Virus record (IMG/VR): IMGVR_UViG_3300048861_000249
Location: 1-36,426 of that record
DNA: 36,426 bases
Source of the DNA: a virus
Lineage: Duplodnaviria > Caudoviricetes
Strand: one strand, 5' to 3'
Part shown: in pieces, positions 34,251 through 36,426 of the stretch
How positions within the stretch are numbered: position 1 is the first letter of the stretch
Layout: each line of letters opens with the position of its first letter
Translations under genes and position numbers: made by a program
Notes under the pieces: model-generated
What the model was told of the DNA's origin: nothing
The model's database searches: none
The model's input: only the letters and a program-made list of their open reading frames with translations

Positions 34251-34567
34251 TTCAACCTCCAAACCCTGATGTAGCGGGCCCTGTTCGATTTGCGTTGGCT
34301 CGGAGTCCAGGCACCAGTGAACTCCCACGATTCAGTCCGGAAGATCACACCAGCGGCATTCCCTAGATCGGCGTTGGTCTTCCCCATGAGTGCGAGGACG
34401 TGTTCAAAGTCGTCAGCTGTGACACAGCGGTTGCCGCGAGAGCGGGCCAGGAGAGAGAGGTGAGCGCGTACTTGCTCCACCAGCTCGTTGCGGCACTCCG
34501 CAGCATGCTCGATGCCCTTGTCGCGAGCTTCCATGCCTGCGAAGAGATCCATGGTTGCGGTGGCCAT
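34247..34567 (-). CDS. Conserved-looking phage hypothetical protein
   Basis: G.EARD.GI...N.AG.IF....W...G...S.R.SN.AR...VW; coupled starts. Confidence 0.75.
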   Translation of the reverse strand: MATATMDLFAGMEARDKGIEHAAECRNELVEQVRAHLSLLARSRGNRCVTADDFEHVLALMGKTNADLGNAAGVIFRTESWEFTGAWTPSQRKSNRARYIRVWRLK

Positions 34568-34917
34568 TAGAAGGGCCTCCGCGTGATGATGTGCCGAGGG
34601 TCCGTCATGCTCCTGCGGATGGGCCGCTCAATCACCTCAAGGACTACGACCGCACCAAAGAAGTCCTCGTACCTGAGTTCGCCTACGCTGAGCGGAAACT
34701 TCTGGGAGAGTCCAATGATCGTGCGGATCGTGTCTGGGCGAGGAGTAGTTGGGTTTCGCTCCCGGATCCACTTCGAGATCACTCGATAGTCTGCTGCGTC
34801 GATCGAGTCCTGAAGGCGTCCAAGTTTGAACTCCTTGATCCAGCTTCTGACTCGTATGTTCGATCCGTCCGGAACGGGGGCTAGCCTCACTACAGGAACT
34901 GTGCGCTTGCAATTCAT
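34567..34917 (-). CDS. Cro-like HTH regulator (first early gene)
   Basis: VISKW......PRP.T...I..L...L.YED.F resembles Cro/XRE folds; GAGGG RBS before the ATG at 34917. Confidence 0.55.
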   Translation of the reverse strand: MNCKRTVPVVRLAPVPDGSNIRVRSWIKEFKLGRLQDSIDAADYRVISKWIRERNPTTPRPDTIRTIIGLSQKFPLSVGELRYEDFFGAVVVLEVIERPIRRSMTDPRHIITRRPF

Positions 34918-34988
34918 GCAGCCCTCACTTTCCCGGTCTTCATTGGTATCTCCACGCTCGCTCCTGAGGTGTCGCCTGAACTTGGACA

Positions 34989-35037
34989 ACCATAGCCACA
35001 AATTTGTGGCGTGTCAACCATAAATTTGTGGTACATT
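34989..35037. promoter_or_regulatory. Overlapping divergent promoters with two operators
   Basis: Minus strand: TTGACA-17 bp-TATGGT. Plus strand: extended -10 TGgTACATT. Operators GCCACAAATTTGTGGC (34995-35010) and CCATAAATTTGTGG (35018-35031). Confidence 0.82.
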
Positions 35038-35059
35038 CTGTCGCAGGAGGAGCCAGAAA

Positions 35060-35257
35060 GTGAGCATGGAAAACAATAGGGTTATCGCGCTGCAAAACGG
35101 TGAGGTTTTGACGACTGAGGATGTTGCTGAGCTTTTGAAGCTCTCAAGGGCTACAGTAGTAAGGCGATTTAGGGATGGGACGATCCCAGCAAAGCTCATC
35201 GGAACAAAATGGAGATGTTTGCGTTCAGATGTAGACAAACTGTTCCAAGCGGCATAG
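35060..35257 (+). CDS. HTH_17 (excisionase/MerR-like) DNA-binding protein
   Basis: VLT.EDVAELLKLSRATV.R....G.IPA..IG.KWR.....V; GGAGGAG RBS. Confidence 0.9.
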   Translation: MSMENNRVIALQNGEVLTTEDVAELLKLSRATVVRRFRDGTIPAKLIGTKWRCLRSDVDKLFQAA

Positions 35258-35272
35258 AGTCGTCTCATCTGC

Positions 35273-35286
35273 CCACAAATTTGTGG
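35273..35286. promoter_or_regulatory. Third operator copy, upstream of the integrase
   Basis: Perfect palindrome CCACAAATTTGTGG 15 bp before the integrase ATG. Confidence 0.8.
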
Positions 35287-35301
35287 ACGCACTGAGGACG
35301 C

Positions 35302-36426
35302 ATGGAAAAGGTTAGTCGATACCAGATGGGCTCGTCAGAGAAGGTAAAAACGAAGCTGGGTCTCTGCTGGTACATTCGTTTCACGTTGCACAACGGAAAG
35401 AAAGGCCCGCGCATTCGCGTAGGCCTCGTGTCTGACCTTCCTACGAAGAAGGCGTTCAATAATGCTGTCGCCGACCTCCGAAAGGACTTCAACGAAAGGG
35501 CACTGATCCCGGAACAGCACAACTTTTCGGAGGTGGTGCACAAATATATTCGCGAAGAGCTGCCTAAGCGGTATTCGACAGCTCGTGGATATCAATCCTA
35601 TTTAGAGAATCAGATCCTGCCTAAGTGGGGCCCGCTCTCCATTGAAGATGTGAAGGCTAAAGAGGTGAGAGGCTGGCTGAATAGTCTGAATCTCAGTACC
35701 AAAACAAAGGGTCATATCCGCAACATCATGAGGATACTCTTCCGTTTTGCGATGCTCTGGGAATGGATTCCCGTCTCGGAAAACCCGATGACCCTGTTTC
35801 GCCTCGAGGGATCGACTAAGAGGCGATCGAAGCCGAGGGTGCTCACCTTCGACGAATTCACCAAGCTCTTGGCGGCCGTGGGTCGCGAACCTTACAGAAC
35901 GATGATGATTGTCTCGGCATGCTTGGGGCTACGCTGCAGCGAAGTCTTCGGCCTGCGATGGGAGGATCTCGACTGGCATGCGCGTACCCTGACGGTTCAA
36001 CGTGGGATTGTTGATGGTCGAATCGATGACGTAAAGACAGCAGGCTCACATGCCAAATTGCCCCTACATCCCAGGCTGCTGCGTGAGATGTTGCAGTTCT
36101 ACTCCCGAGCCGAATTCAAGGATTCTGATGACTGGGTGTTCGCCAGCCCATTTACAGCCGGAGAGCGCCCCTACCATTCCTATAGGGTGCAGCAGTACGT
36201 AATAAAGCCCGCGGCAATTGCCTGCGGGCTAGGGGATGGTATCGGATGGCACACCTTGCGGCATTCATACCGGTCATGGCTTCAGTCGACCGGAACGCCG
36301 ATCGGGGTCCAGAAAGATCTGATGCGACACGCCGATATTCGAACGACTATGAACATCTATGGGGGTTCTTATATAGAGGATCTCCGGAAGGCGAATGACG
36401 GAGTAGTGGAGATGCTACTTCCATGA
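35302..36426 (+). CDS. Tyrosine recombinase/integrase
   Basis: GLRCSE (R), VKT (K), HTLRH, MRHAD and TTMNIY (Y) catalytic motifs. Confidence 0.96.
   Translation: MEKVSRYQMGSSEKVKTKLGLCWYIRFTLHNGKKGPRIRVGLVSDLPTKKAFNNAVADLRKDFNERALIPEQHNFSEVVHKYIREELPKRYSTARGYQSYLENQILPKWGPLSIEDVKAKEVRGWLNSLNLSTKTKGHIRNIMRILFRFAMLWEWIPVSENPMTLFRLEGSTKRRSKPRVLTFDEFTKLLAAVGREPYRTMMIVSACLGLRCSEVFGLRWEDLDWHARTLTVQRGIVDGRIDDVKTAGSHAKLPLHPRLLREMLQFYSRAEFKDSDDWVFASPFTAGERPYHSYRVQQYVIKPAAIACGLGDGIGWHTLRHSYRSWLQSTGTPIGVQKDLMRHADIRTTMNIYGGSYIEDLRKANDGVVEMLLP

Larger units (their letters stand above)
1926..36426. mobile_element. Lambda-like temperate siphophage (prophage); true boundaries and att sites not visible
   Basis: Ordered integrase, switch, replication, cos, terminase, portal, S49 protease, capsid, tail tube, chaperone, tape measure and tail-tip genes. 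No sheath or baseplate wedge genes. The integrase ends at the right edge and the element probably continues past the left edge. Confidence 0.96.

Noticed and set aside
1-36426. CRISPR array, tRNA/rRNA genes, att sites, IS elements
   Set aside because: None detected by eye; att cores are presumably outside the window.

Overview
The window holds most of an integrated temperate siphophage with a lambda-like head and tail, read mainly on the minus strand. From right to left: a tyrosine integrase and HTH_17 gene, then a divergent promoter/operator switch with three CCACAAATTTGTGG-type palindromes and no recognisable CI gene. Next come the early/replication genes (Cro-like, HEXXH peptidase, HNH, Fis-type HTH, VRR-NUC, initiator with a DnaA_N-like tail, HD hydrolase, frameshifted receiver domain) and a plus-strand accessory island ending in SRAP. 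These are followed by cos, terminase, a plus-strand orphan AAA+ ATPase moron, head genes, tail genes, three paralogous tail-tip genes, and a plus-strand lectin-like beta-propeller gene cut off by the left edge. The host is probably an acidobacterium, which is an inference from the receiver-domain family and the 11-bp-period LexA-like box. The strongest non-obvious signals are: (1) three near-identical leaderless late promoters, each with a GTAATT-N5-AATCAC site just upstream of the -35; (2) a multi-hairpin structured element beside the orphan ATPase; (3) two tandem parS-like sites with no par genes in view; (4) a -1 frameshift tail chaperone missed by the ORF track; (5) an unannotated Rmf-like micro-gene in a putative SOS-controlled island; (6) a CI-less switch. 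All family assignments come from motif recognition by eye; no searches were run.
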